This document shows, one piece after another, positions 20,942 to 29,076 of a stretch of 32,000 nucleotides of DNA; the first letter of the stretch is position 1, and every line of letters starts with the position of its first letter. Made by a program: the position numbers and the translations under genes. Origin of the DNA: Halorhodospira halophila SL1 (lineage in GTDB: Bacteria; Pseudomonadota; Gammaproteobacteria; Nitrococcales; Halorhodospiraceae); assembly GCF_000015585.1 (NCBI RefSeq), contig NC_008789.1:630001-662000 (forward strand), given 5' to 3'. Under the pieces are notes generated by a model. The model saw nothing but the letters and a program-made list of their open reading frames with translations. It did not search any database and had not been told where the DNA came from.

Positions 20942-22006
20942 TCAGCCAGCGCCCTCGAATAACCGAGCGATGCCGTCGGCGTCCGGCTGGTGGACCACCC
21001 CGCGCTCGGTGACGATCACATCCACCAGCTCCGCCGGCGTGACATCGAAGACCGGGTTCCAGGCGCCGACCGCCTCGGACTCCGGGGCGATCCGGCGCCC
21101 CCCCGCATAGAGGACCTCCCGGGCATCCCGGGTCTCGATAGGGATCTGCTCGCCGGCGGGGGTGGCCAGATCGATGGTCGAAGTGGGGGCCACCACCATC
21201 AAGCGGACACCGTGCTGGCGCGCGGCCAGGGCCACCGCATAGGTACCGATCTTGTTGGCGACGTCGCCGTTGGCGGCGATCCGGTCGGCGCCCACGATGG
21301 CCCACTGCACCTGCCCGGTGCGCATCAGGGCCGCCGCCGCGCCATCAGCCAGCAGGTCCACCGGGATGCCGTCGGCGGCCAGCTCCCAGGCGGTCAGCCG
21401 GGATCCCTGCAGCCAGGGGCGGGTCTCGTCGGCGAAGACCCGCTCGACCCGACCGTCCGCCCAGGCGGTCCGGATCACCCCCAGCGCCGTACCCAGCCCG
21501 CCGGTCGCCAGCGAGCCCGTGTTGCAGTGGGTCAGCACGCCGCTGCCCGGCTGGATCAAGCCGGCGCCAGAACGTCCCATCCGCCGGTTGGCCGCCACAT
21601 CCTCCTCATGGATAGCCTGAGCCTCGGCGAGCAGGGCCGGCGCCGGGTCCTGATCCTCGGGCAGCCGGGCGGCAAAGGCCTCCATACGCCTCAGGGCCCA
21701 GCCGAGATTGACGGCCGTGGGCCGCGAGCGGCGCAGGGTGTCGATGTCCTCGGCCATGCCGGCCTGCCAGCCCGACCCATGGGTCCGCCAGGCCGCCGCC
21801 CCGGCCAGCGCTGCCCCGTAGCCGGCGGCCACGCCGATGGCCGGGGCACCCCGGACCACCATGTCGGTGATGGCCTGGGCCACGCTGGCGGCATCGGCGC
21901 AGCACAGGTATTGCTCCTGGTCGGGGAGCAGGCGCTGATCGAGCAGATAGAGCCCCTCGTCGCGCCACTCCAGCGCCCGAACCGTGTCGTGGGAGGCAGT
22001 ATTCAA
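20942..22006 (-). CDS. mtnA: S-methyl-5-thioribose-1-phosphate isomerase (methionine salvage)
   Basis: [46 protein letters not shown] and [17 protein letters not shown]. The only in-frame start is TTG at 22004-22006. Confidence 0.9.
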
Positions 22007-22044
22007 GTCGTGGTACCCTCGCTGCAGTGAAAACGGAGCGTATT

Positions 22045-23370
22045 ATGGAACGTGTCGACACTCTGATCCACGCCCGCTGGGTGATCCCGGTCGAGCCGAC
22101 CGGGCACGTGCTTGAGGACCACGGGGTCGCGCTACGCGACGGGCGCATCGTGGCCGTGGCCGGTAACGACGACCTGCGCCGAGCCTACCAGGCCGACGAG
22201 CAACGCGAACTCGGCGAGCACGTCCTCATCCCGGGGCTGATCAACGCCCACACGCACACCGCCATGACCCTGCTGCGCGGCATGGCCGACGACCTGCCGC
22301 TGATGACCTGGCTGACCGAGCACATCTGGCCAGCCGAGCAGCGCTGGGTGAGCGAGGCCTTCGTGCGCGACGGCAGCACCCTGGCCATGGGCGAGATGCT
22401 CCGCGGCGGGGTGACCTGCTTCAACGACATGTACTTCTACCCCGAAGTCACCGGCGAGGCCGCCCGCCAGGTGGGCATGCGGGCACTGCTCGGGATGATC
22501 GTCATCGGCGTCCCCAGTGGCTACGCGCAGAGCCTGGACGAGTACCTGGAGAAGGGGCTGGCGCTCCACGAGCAGTTCCGCGACGACCCTTTGGTGCGCA
22601 CCCTGTTCGCGCCCCACTCGCCCTACACCGTAGACGACAGCTTCCTCGGCCGGATCGGCGAGCACGCCGAGCGGCTGGACGTGCCCATCCACATCCACGT
22701 CCAGGAGACTGCCGACGAGGTCCAGCAGAGCCTGCGTGAGACCGGCAAGCGGCCCCTGCAGCGGCTGGATGAGGTCGGTCTGGTCTCGCCCCGGCTGCTC
22801 GCCGTCCACGCCACCCAGCTCGAATCCGCCGAGATCGAGCGCCTGGCTGCCGCGGGTGCCCACGTGCTGCATTGCCCGGAGGCCAACCTCAAGCTGGCCA
22901 GCGGCTTCTGCCCTGCCGCGGCGCTCACCCGGGCCGGGGTCAATGTAGCCCTGGGCACCGATGGCGTGGCCAGCAACAACGATCTCGATCTGATCGGCGA
23001 GATGCGCACCGCGGCCCTGCTGGCCAAGGCGGTCTCCGGCGACGCCGCTGCCCTCCCCGCCGAGCAGGCCCTGGCTATGGTCACCATCAACGCGGCACGG
23101 GCCTTCGGCCTGGACGACGAGATCGGCTCCATCGTCCCCGGCAAGGCCGCCGACCTGACCGCCATCTCGTTGGCGGACCTCAACCAGCACCCGATCTACA
23201 ACCCGCTCTCGCAGCTGGTCTACGCCGCCAACCGCCAGCACGTCACTGACGTCTGGGTGGGCGGTCAGCCCCGGGTGCGCAACGGCCAGCTGACCACGCT
23301 GGATACCGCCGAGACCATTGCCCGTGCCGAGCAGTGGCGGGAGCGGATCGCCGCAGAACGGGCGCAATAG
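22045..23370 (+). CDS. mtaD: 5-methylthioadenosine / S-adenosylhomocysteine deaminase (amidohydrolase, TRZ/ATZ family)
   Basis: ATG 22045 with acggag 6 nt upstream. Contains PGLINAHTHTAM (HxH metal site), HIHVQET, VHATQL and LGTDGVASNN. Confidence 0.8.
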   Translation: MERVDTLIHARWVIPVEPTGHVLEDHGVALRDGRIVAVAGNDDLRRAYQADEQRELGEHVLIPGLINAHTHTAMTLLRGMADDLPLMTWLTEHIWPAEQRWVSEAFVRDGSTLAMGEMLRGGVTCFNDMYFYPEVTGEAARQVGMRALLGMIVIGVPSGYAQSLDEYLEKGLALHEQFRDDPLVRTLFAPHSPYTVDDSFLGRIGEHAERLDVPIHIHVQETADEVQQSLRETGKRPLQRLDEVGLVSPRLLAVHATQLESAEIERLAAAGAHVLHCPEANLKLASGFCPAAALTRAGVNVALGTDGVASNNDLDLIGEMRTAALLAKAVSGDAAALPAEQALAMVTINAARAFGLDDEIGSIVPGKAADLTAISLADLNQHPIYNPLSQLVYAANRQHVTDVWVGGQPRVRNGQLTTLDTAETIARAEQWRERIAAERAQ

Positions 23371-23396
23371 GCGCACACGGTGACGGAGGGAAGCCC

Positions 23397-24134
23397 ATGA
23401 CCCGGGCCGACGACCAGGGCAGCGAACGCAACGAGGACACCCGCGAGACAGCGCAGTTCGACGCCACCGGGGACTGGTGGGAGCCGGACGGCAGCCAGCG
23501 GGCGCTGCACGACATCAACCCGATCCGCCTGGAGTGGGTCGAGGCACGGCTCGGCGGGCTGGCCGGCAAGCGCATCCTCGACGTCGGCGCTGGTGGTGGC
23601 CTGCTGGCCGAGGCCATGGCCCGGCAGGGCGCGCAGGTTCTGGGCATCGACACGGCACGCCAGGCGCTGCAGACCGCCAAGCTCCACGCCCTGGAGGCGG
23701 AGATCACCACGTTGGACTACCGCGTCTGCACGGTGGAGGAACTGGCCGAGGAAGCCCGCCGCGGCGAGATCGAGCCCTTCGACGCCGTGGTCTGCATGGA
23801 GATGATCGAACACACTCCGCGCCCGGAATCGGTGGTGGCCGCCATCGCCACCCTGCTGCGCGACGGCGGCGATGCCTGTTTCTCGACCATCAACCGCACC
23901 CTGCGCGCCTACGCCCTGGCCATTGTCGGCGCCGAGTACATCCTCGGCCTGCTGCCCCGGGGGACCCACCAGCACGAGCGCTTCGTGCGCCCCTCGGAGC
24001 TGGCCCGCTGGGGCCGCCCCCACGGCCTGGCCCTCCAGCAGGTGACCGGGCTGGGCTACAACCCGTTCGCCCGCACGGCCTGGCTGAAGCGAGACGCCTC
24101 GGTGAACTACTTCGCGCATCTGCGCAAGGCATGA
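23397..24134 (+). CDS. ubiG: Bifunctional 3-demethylubiquinol / 2-polyprenyl-6-hydroxyphenol O-methyltransferase
   Basis: ATG 23397 with GGAGGG 6 nt upstream. Contains FD..GDWW....S.RALHDINP.RL.W, the SAM motif ILDVGAGGGLLAE, CMEMIEH, and the tail YF.HLRK. Confidence 0.9.
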   Translation: MTRADDQGSERNEDTRETAQFDATGDWWEPDGSQRALHDINPIRLEWVEARLGGLAGKRILDVGAGGGLLAEAMARQGAQVLGIDTARQALQTAKLHALEAEITTLDYRVCTVEELAEEARRGEIEPFDAVVCMEMIEHTPRPESVVAAIATLLRDGGDACFSTINRTLRAYALAIVGAEYILGLLPRGTHQHERFVRPSELARWGRPHGLALQQVTGLGYNPFARTAWLKRDASVNYFAHLRKA

Positions 24135-24823
24135 CGGCCCGGCACGGCGTCCTCTTCGATCTTGACGGCACGCTGGTCGACACGGCGCCGGATCTGATCG
24201 CCTGCCTCCAGGGGTTACTCGCCGAGGCCGGCCGCACCCCGGCGCCTAGCGCCGCCCTGCAGGCCACGGTCTCCCACGGGGCGCGGATCATGGTCAGCCA
24301 CGCCTTTTCGCTGCCCCCGAGTGATCCGCACGCCGTCGCCCTGGAGCAGGAGCTGGTCCGGCGCTACCGGGCCCGCATCGCCGATGAGAGCCGCCTGTTT
24401 CCGGGTATGGCGTCGGTACTCGACACCCTGGAGGCCCAGGGCATCCCCTGGGGCATCGTGACCAACAAGCCCACCGACCTCACGGAGCCACTGCTGGAGC
24501 GCCTGGGGCTGGATACCCGTGCCGGGGCCGTGGTTTGCGGCGACACCCTGGCCCGGGCCAAACCCCACCCCGATCCGATCCGCCACGCCGCGGCCACCCT
24601 GGGCTGCCCGCCCGAGGCGTGCTGGAGCCTGGGCGACGCCCGGCGGGATATCGACGCCGCAGCGGCAGCCGGCGCCCGAGGGCTGGTGGCGCTGTTCGGC
24701 TACCTCCACGCCGGCGATCGCCCCGCCCTGTGGGGCGCCCACGGGCTGATCCGGCAACCCGCGGAGTTGCTGGGTTGGATCGATCCGGGGCTGAACGCCA
24801 GACTCGAACCTTCCACCGCCTAG
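24131..24823 (+). CDS. gph: HAD-IA phosphatase (phosphoglycolate phosphatase Gph-like; by its ubiG-adjacent position possibly the MupP-type MurNAc-6-P phosphatase)
   Basis: The ATG 24131 overlaps the ubiG stop (ATGA). Contains LFDLDGTLVDTAPDL (DxDGT), GIVTNKP, KP.P.P and GD...DI.AA.AAG. Confidence 0.8.
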   Translation: MTARHGVLFDLDGTLVDTAPDLIACLQGLLAEAGRTPAPSAALQATVSHGARIMVSHAFSLPPSDPHAVALEQELVRRYRARIADESRLFPGMASVLDTLEAQGIPWGIVTNKPTDLTEPLLERLGLDTRAGAVVCGDTLARAKPHPDPIRHAAATLGCPPEACWSLGDARRDIDAAAAAGARGLVALFGYLHAGDRPALWGAHGLIRQPAELLGWIDPGLNARLEPSTA

Positions 24824-24832
24824 CAGCGCATC

Positions 24833-25684
24833 ATGAGCCCAAGCCACATCCCTCCCGAGACCCTGGCCCGCGCGGCGCCGCCAGGCTCGAGCCTGGACTA
24901 CGCCCTGCGCCTGGCACCGGCGCACCAGCGCGAACCGCTGCAGGCCATCGCGGCGTTCACGGGCGAGATCCGGCGCATCCCGTGGCATACCCAGGAGGCC
25001 GAAGTCGGCCGCGCCACGCTGCACTGGTGGCGCACCGAGCTGGCCCGGATCCTCGAGGGCGGCGGGCAGCACCCGCTGGCGGCGCCGCTGGCCGCTGCAG
25101 TGCATGAGCACCAACTCCCGGGCGCGGAGCTGCGCGCGATCCTCGATGAGGCGGACCGTGCGCTGGACGGCGACCGGCCGGAGACTTTTCCCGAGCAGCT
25201 CCGTCTGGCCGAGCGCCACGCTGCGGCCCCGCTGCGTCTGGCAGCGCAGGTGCTGGTCGGCGACGCTAGCGCCACTGGGTACGCCACGGCCCTGGGCAGC
25301 GCTGTCGGGCTCACCCGCAGTCTGCGCCTGCAGGGGCTGGCTGCGCGCTACGGCGACAGTGATCTGCCCCGGGAGACGCTGCGCCAGGCCGGGGTGCCGG
25401 CGGAGGGGCCGTTGCTCCAGTCCGATGGCACGGCCCTGCCCTCGTTGCTTCGGGCGCTGGCCGTGCAGGCCGATGCCATCGCGCCGTTGTTTCCGGCGGC
25501 GCGCGGGCAGGCGCCGGAGGACCGTCGGCGGGTGGCTGCCTTGCGCCCGGTGACGGCGTACGCTGCGCTGCACCAGGCGCTGATCGCGGAGATCCTGCGC
25601 CGCGGGCCGGCGGAGCTGATCCGTGGCCGGCTGACGCTCACGCCGTTGCGCAAGGTGTGGGTCGCTTGGCGGGGGCAGCCGTAG
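24833..25684 (+). CDS. Squalene/phytoene synthase (SQS_PSY) family protein with degenerate Asp-rich motifs; function unknown
   Basis: GSSLDYALRLAP..R..L.AIAAF...I aligns with the family N-terminus (GSSFYY.F.FLP..R.A..ALYAF.R..DD..D), but the DDxxD position reads GEIRRIP. The second motif position reads RSLRLQGLAARYGDSDLP instead of N(I/L)LRD(V)GED...GR.YLP. Confidence 0.6.
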   Translation: MSPSHIPPETLARAAPPGSSLDYALRLAPAHQREPLQAIAAFTGEIRRIPWHTQEAEVGRATLHWWRTELARILEGGGQHPLAAPLAAAVHEHQLPGAELRAILDEADRALDGDRPETFPEQLRLAERHAAAPLRLAAQVLVGDASATGYATALGSAVGLTRSLRLQGLAARYGDSDLPRETLRQAGVPAEGPLLQSDGTALPSLLRALAVQADAIAPLFPAARGQAPEDRRRVAALRPVTAYAALHQALIAEILRRGPAELIRGRLTLTPLRKVWVAWRGQP

Positions 25685-25687
25685 CCC

Positions 25688-25904
25688 CCGGCCGCAGGCC
25701 CCGGGCCGGATCTTTGCGGACGCGCCGAGCAGCACAGCCCAAGCAGGGGGCCAGCGCGAACCTTTCCTGGTTCGCGCTCTGGTCAGCGCGCAGCGCAGAA
25801 CGGCGCACCAGCGCCGTTCCTTTGCGCGCGGCCCTGCGCGGGCGAACAGCACAGGGGACCCCGCAGGGGCGCGTCCGCCGATCCGGCCCGGGGCCTGCGG
25901 CCGG
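25688..25904 (-). repeat. Long hairpin-forming intergenic repeat, copy E3 (full core, inverted relative to E2)
   Basis: Perfect 25-bp inverted repeat 25688-25712 / 25880-25904. A 10-bp inner stem 25717-25726 / 25868-25877. By my manual alignment, the reverse complement of 25717-25877 aligns to E2 20735-20895 with about 8 substitutions and one 2-nt indel. Confidence 0.9.
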
Positions 25905-26064
25905 AGGGCGGCTGCTCGCGTTACCCACGAGGCCCGCTGGCAGCGCTTGCCTGCCGGGCGGCTCTCACCCCTTCTCCCCTGCATGGGCAGCAGGTTGCGA
26001 AACCGGTAAAGTAGATGCAGCAAATGCGACCCCGTCGGCCACCACAGACCGCGAGAGCAGGCCC

Positions 26065-26646
26065 ATGACCGATCCGCAGCAGCCATCGGCCCGCGACGAG
26101 CAGCGCCTCTACGAAGCGATCACCCTGGCCATGTACATCCACCGCGATCAGCGGCGGCGCTATACCGGCGAGCCGTACTGGAAGCACCTCGCCGAGGTGG
26201 CGGCCCTGACGCGGCTCGGGACAGAAGAGACCGACGCGCTGATCACCGCATGGCTCCACGATGCCGTCGAGGACTCCAGCCTGGAACCCGGGATGCTCTG
26301 CGCCCAGTTTGGTGAGCAGGTGCGCTCCGGTGTGATGTGGCTGACCTGCCCCGCGAGCCAGGAAGACGAACCCCGCGACCAGCGCACGGCCCGCGCCGTT
26401 AAGCAGCTGCGTCAGGCGCCAGGCTGGGTGCAGACGATCAAGTGCGCCGACCTGGCCAGCAACCTCGCCTCCATTGCTGACCACGACCTCGCCTTCGCGC
26501 GTCGCTACGTGCCAGAGTGCCGGGCCCTCTACGAGTCCCTCGGGCAAGCCAGTCCGCCGGTGCGGATGCTTGCCGCCAAGGAACTGGTGGCTGCCGAAGC
26601 CAAGTGCTTCCCCGTGGAGACGAACCCCCGGGGAACGCCTGCCTGA
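26065..26646 (+). CDS. Stand-alone HD-domain hydrolase of the RelA/SpoT (ppGpp hydrolase, HD_4) type; small alarmone hydrolase-like
   Basis: ATG 26065. A..IHRDQRRRYTGEPYWKHLAEVA, ITAWLHDAVEDSSL and FGEQVRSGVMWLT match the SpoT/Mesh1 pattern (H..Q.R..G.PY..H...VA, LLHD..EDT, FG..V...V..LT). At 193 aa there is no synthetase domain. Confidence 0.6.
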   Translation: MTDPQQPSARDEQRLYEAITLAMYIHRDQRRRYTGEPYWKHLAEVAALTRLGTEETDALITAWLHDAVEDSSLEPGMLCAQFGEQVRSGVMWLTCPASQEDEPRDQRTARAVKQLRQAPGWVQTIKCADLASNLASIADHDLAFARRYVPECRALYESLGQASPPVRMLAAKELVAAEAKCFPVETNPRGTPA

Positions 26647-26793
26647 GGACGAGCGCCGCTGTCCCGGAGGGCTCGATGGACCGCCCATTCCCCGGTGTTC
26701 GGCCCCGGGCCCCTCCCGGCCTGCCTTGCTCGCCACCGGAGCGCTGGGTAAGGTACGGCGTTTCCCGTCGTTCACCACCATCAGGGGATAATC

Positions 26794-27570
26794 GTGGCCG
26801 AACAAGCGTTGATCTCCGCCGACTACCAGCCCGCCCAAGACGCCTTTGACGGGCGCGTCATCCTGGTTACCGGCGCCACCGGCGGCATCGGCAGCGCCGT
26901 CTGCCGCCGCCTCGCCGCCGCCGGTGCGACCTTGGTCATCCTCGATAAGGACCTCAAGGCCCTCGAGGCCCTCTACGACCGCATCGTCGAGGACAACCAC
27001 CCGGAGCCGGCGATCTACCCGATGAACCTCGAAGGCGCCACCTTCGACAACTTCCCCGAGGTCGCACAACGCATCCGGGAAGGGCTCGGGCGCCTCGACG
27101 GCCTCCTCCACGCCGCGGCGACCATGGGCAAGCCCGCCCCCATCGAGCTCTACGACATGGAGACCTGGTACAAGACCCTGCAGGTCAACCTCAACGCCGC
27201 CTTCATGCTCACCCAGGCGTGCCTGCCCCTGCTGCGCGAGTCCGACCAGGGCAGCATCCTCTTCACCAGCGACGCCAGCGGCCGCAATGGGCGCAAGGCT
27301 TACGGCGGCGCCTACGCCGTCGCCAACGCCGGGCTCGAGGGTCTGATGCGGGTGCTCGCGGCCGAGCTGGCCGAAAACACCAGCGTCTGCGTCAACACCC
27401 TCGACCCGGGCATCGTCGCCACCGGCTTGCGGCAGAAGGAGTTCCCGTTCGAGAACCCGCTGGAACTCACCCAGCCCCAGCAGGTGGCCGGGGCCTTCCT
27501 GCGCCTGCTCGGCCCCGACGGGCGGGATTGCCACGGCCAGGCCTTGAGCGTCGAGCCCGCGCAGGCGTGA
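26794..27570 (+). CDS. yciK: Short-chain dehydrogenase/reductase, YciK-like
   Basis: GTG 26794 with cagggga upstream. Contains GRVILVTGATGGIGSAV, a YGGAYAVANAG (YxxxN variant) region and LDPGIVATG. It occupies the position after the gph-like gene, as in Pseudomonas. Confidence 0.6.
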   Translation: MAEQALISADYQPAQDAFDGRVILVTGATGGIGSAVCRRLAAAGATLVILDKDLKALEALYDRIVEDNHPEPAIYPMNLEGATFDNFPEVAQRIREGLGRLDGLLHAAATMGKPAPIELYDMETWYKTLQVNLNAAFMLTQACLPLLRESDQGSILFTSDASGRNGRKAYGGAYAVANAGLEGLMRVLAAELAENTSVCVNTLDPGIVATGLRQKEFPFENPLELTQPQQVAGAFLRLLGPDGRDCHGQALSVEPAQA

Positions 27571-28271
27571 GCACGACGGCGCCACGCCCTCACCCCGGTC
27601 TGACCGAGGAGCGTCTGGCCTGGCTGCTCGAGCGGCTGGTGGCCCACCACGGTGAGCAGCACTGGTGGCCGGCGGAGACCGCCTTCGAGGTGCTGGTCGG
27701 GGCGATCCTGACGCAGAACACCGCCTGGAGTCACGTCGAGCGCGCCATGGAGCAGCTCCGGGTGGCCGGGCTGCTCGATCCGGTGGCGCTGATCGAGGCC
27801 GACCCGGAGGAAGTGGCCACGGCCATCCGCCCGGCGGGATACTTCAACGTCAAGACCAGACGACTACGCAACCTGTGCATCACCTACCTGCAGGAAGGCT
27901 GCATGGAGGGCATGCAGCTCCAGCGCACCGAGGCGCTGCGCGAGAAGCTGTTGGCGGTCAACGGGGTCGGACGCGAGACCGCCGACGACATCCTGCTCTA
28001 CGCCTTCCACCGCCCGGTGTTCGTGGTCGACGCCTATACCCGGCGGATCCTCCAGCGCCTGGGCTGGATCCAGGGCGACGAGGGCTACGAGCGGCTACGG
28101 GGCGGCGTCGAGGCGGCCCTGGGGCCGAACACCGCGGCCTTCAACGAGCTGCACGCCCAGATCGTCGCTCTGGGTAAGGACACCTGTCGCCCCACGCCGC
28201 GCTGCCCGGACTGCCCGCTCAACGCCGCTTGCGCCCACGCCGCCGGCGACGCTGCGGGGCCGGCCGCCTGA
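27567..28271 (+). CDS. Endonuclease III-related HhH-GPD domain protein with a C-terminal 4-Cys cluster
   Basis: The GTG 27567 overlaps the yciK-like stop (GTGA). Contains [22 protein letters not shown], the Hh[30 protein letters not shown], and [16 protein letters not shown]. Glu replaces the Nth catalytic Lys in GVGRET. Confidence 0.75.
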   Translation: MSTTAPRPHPGLTEERLAWLLERLVAHHGEQHWWPAETAFEVLVGAILTQNTAWSHVERAMEQLRVAGLLDPVALIEADPEEVATAIRPAGYFNVKTRRLRNLCITYLQEGCMEGMQLQRTEALREKLLAVNGVGRETADDILLYAFHRPVFVVDAYTRRILQRLGWIQGDEGYERLRGGVEAALGPNTAAFNELHAQIVALGKDTCRPTPRCPDCPLNAACAHAAGDAAGPAA

Positions 28272-29076
28272 CCGGCTCCGGCGGGGTCAGACCGACGTGC
28301 TCATAGAGCTCGCGCTTGCCGGCCTCATCCAGCTCGCGCAACTGGCCGCGGCGCAGATCCCGTGGCATCACCATGGGCCCGTAGCGCACGCGGATCAGGC
28401 GGCTGACCGTGACCCCCTGCGACTCCCATAGCCGGCGCACCTCCCGGCGGCGGCCCTCGGTGACAATGACGTGGTACCAGGCGTTGGTGCCCTCCTGGGG
28501 TTCGTCCACCGGCATCCCCGACTCCACGACCTCGAAGTGGGCGGGACCGTCCTCCAGCTCGACGCCGTCCACCAGCCGATGGACCATCTCCTCGGTGACT
28601 TCACCGTGGATCCGGCAGGCGTACTCGCGCTCGACACCGGTGGAGGGGTGCATCAGGGCGTTGGCCAACTCGCCATCATTGGTGAACAGGAGCAGGCCCT
28701 GGCTGTTGATATCCAGCCGCCCGACGGCGATCCACCGCCCGGGCGTGCGCGGCAGCCGCTCAAAGACCGTCGACCGACCTTCCGGATCGGAGCGGGTGGT
28801 CACCTCGCCCTCGGGCTTGTTATAGAGCAGGACCCGCCGCGGCGGCTCGCGGTGGACCCGCTGCACCGTGCGGCCGTCCAGCTCCACGTGATCGCGGGGC
28901 CGTGCGCGGTCGCCGAGCTTGGCCGTACGCCCCTCGATGCGCACGCGTCCGGCCTGGATGGCCGCCTCCATCTCGCGGCGCGAGCCGAGCCCGGCACGCG
29001 CCAGCACCTTCTGCAGTTTCTCCCCTGCGGGTTGATTCCCACCGTCACTCGTCACGGGTCGCCCCCTGTTGTTCAT
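28219..29076 (-). CDS. rluB: 23S rRNA pseudouridine synthase B (RsuA/RluB family) with S4 domain and Arg-rich tail
   Basis: [16 protein letters not shown] (S4), [24 protein letters not shown] and REY..R. The start is ATG 29074-29076 (overlapping the scpB end) or GTG 29053-29055. Confidence 0.85.
   Translation of the reverse strand: MNNRGRPVTSDGGNQPAGEKLQKVLARAGLGSRREMEAAIQAGRVRIEGRTAKLGDRARPRDHVELDGRTVQRVHREPPRRVLLYNKPEGEVTTRSDPEGRSTVFERLPRTPGRWIAVGRLDINSQGLLLFTNDGELANALMHPSTGVEREYACRIHGEVTEEMVHRLVDGVELEDGPAHFEVVESGMPVDEPQEGTNAWYHVIVTEGRRREVRRLWESQGVTVSRLIRVRYGPMVMPRDLRRGQLRELDEAGKRELYEHVGLTPPEPVRRPAPQRRRRRGRKRR

Noticed and set aside
20661-20947. A possible symmetry of the sequence ggctga (Gly-stop) on both sides of E2, by analogy with the E1 gene-end symmetry
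   Set aside because: Only 6 nt are shared, and their distances to the arms are very different (26 nt versus 2-3 nt). This is consistent with chance.
20896-20961. A small ATG-initiated ORF ([21 protein letters not shown]) starting inside the E2 right arm, along with the peptide-level similarity between E2 and E3 translations in the ORF track
   Set aside because: There is no RBS, and the ORF runs antisense into the mtnA 3-prime end. The shared peptides simply reflect the shared nucleotide core, which appears in opposite orientation with an indel that breaks any common frame.
26647-26793. The 147-bp region between the HD hydrolase and yciK-like genes, considered as a possible fourth element copy or small RNA
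   Set aside because: It contains only short palindromes such as ggccccgggcc. It has none of the family's core blocks (ggggtcccctg, cagcgcgaacc) and no long inverted repeat.
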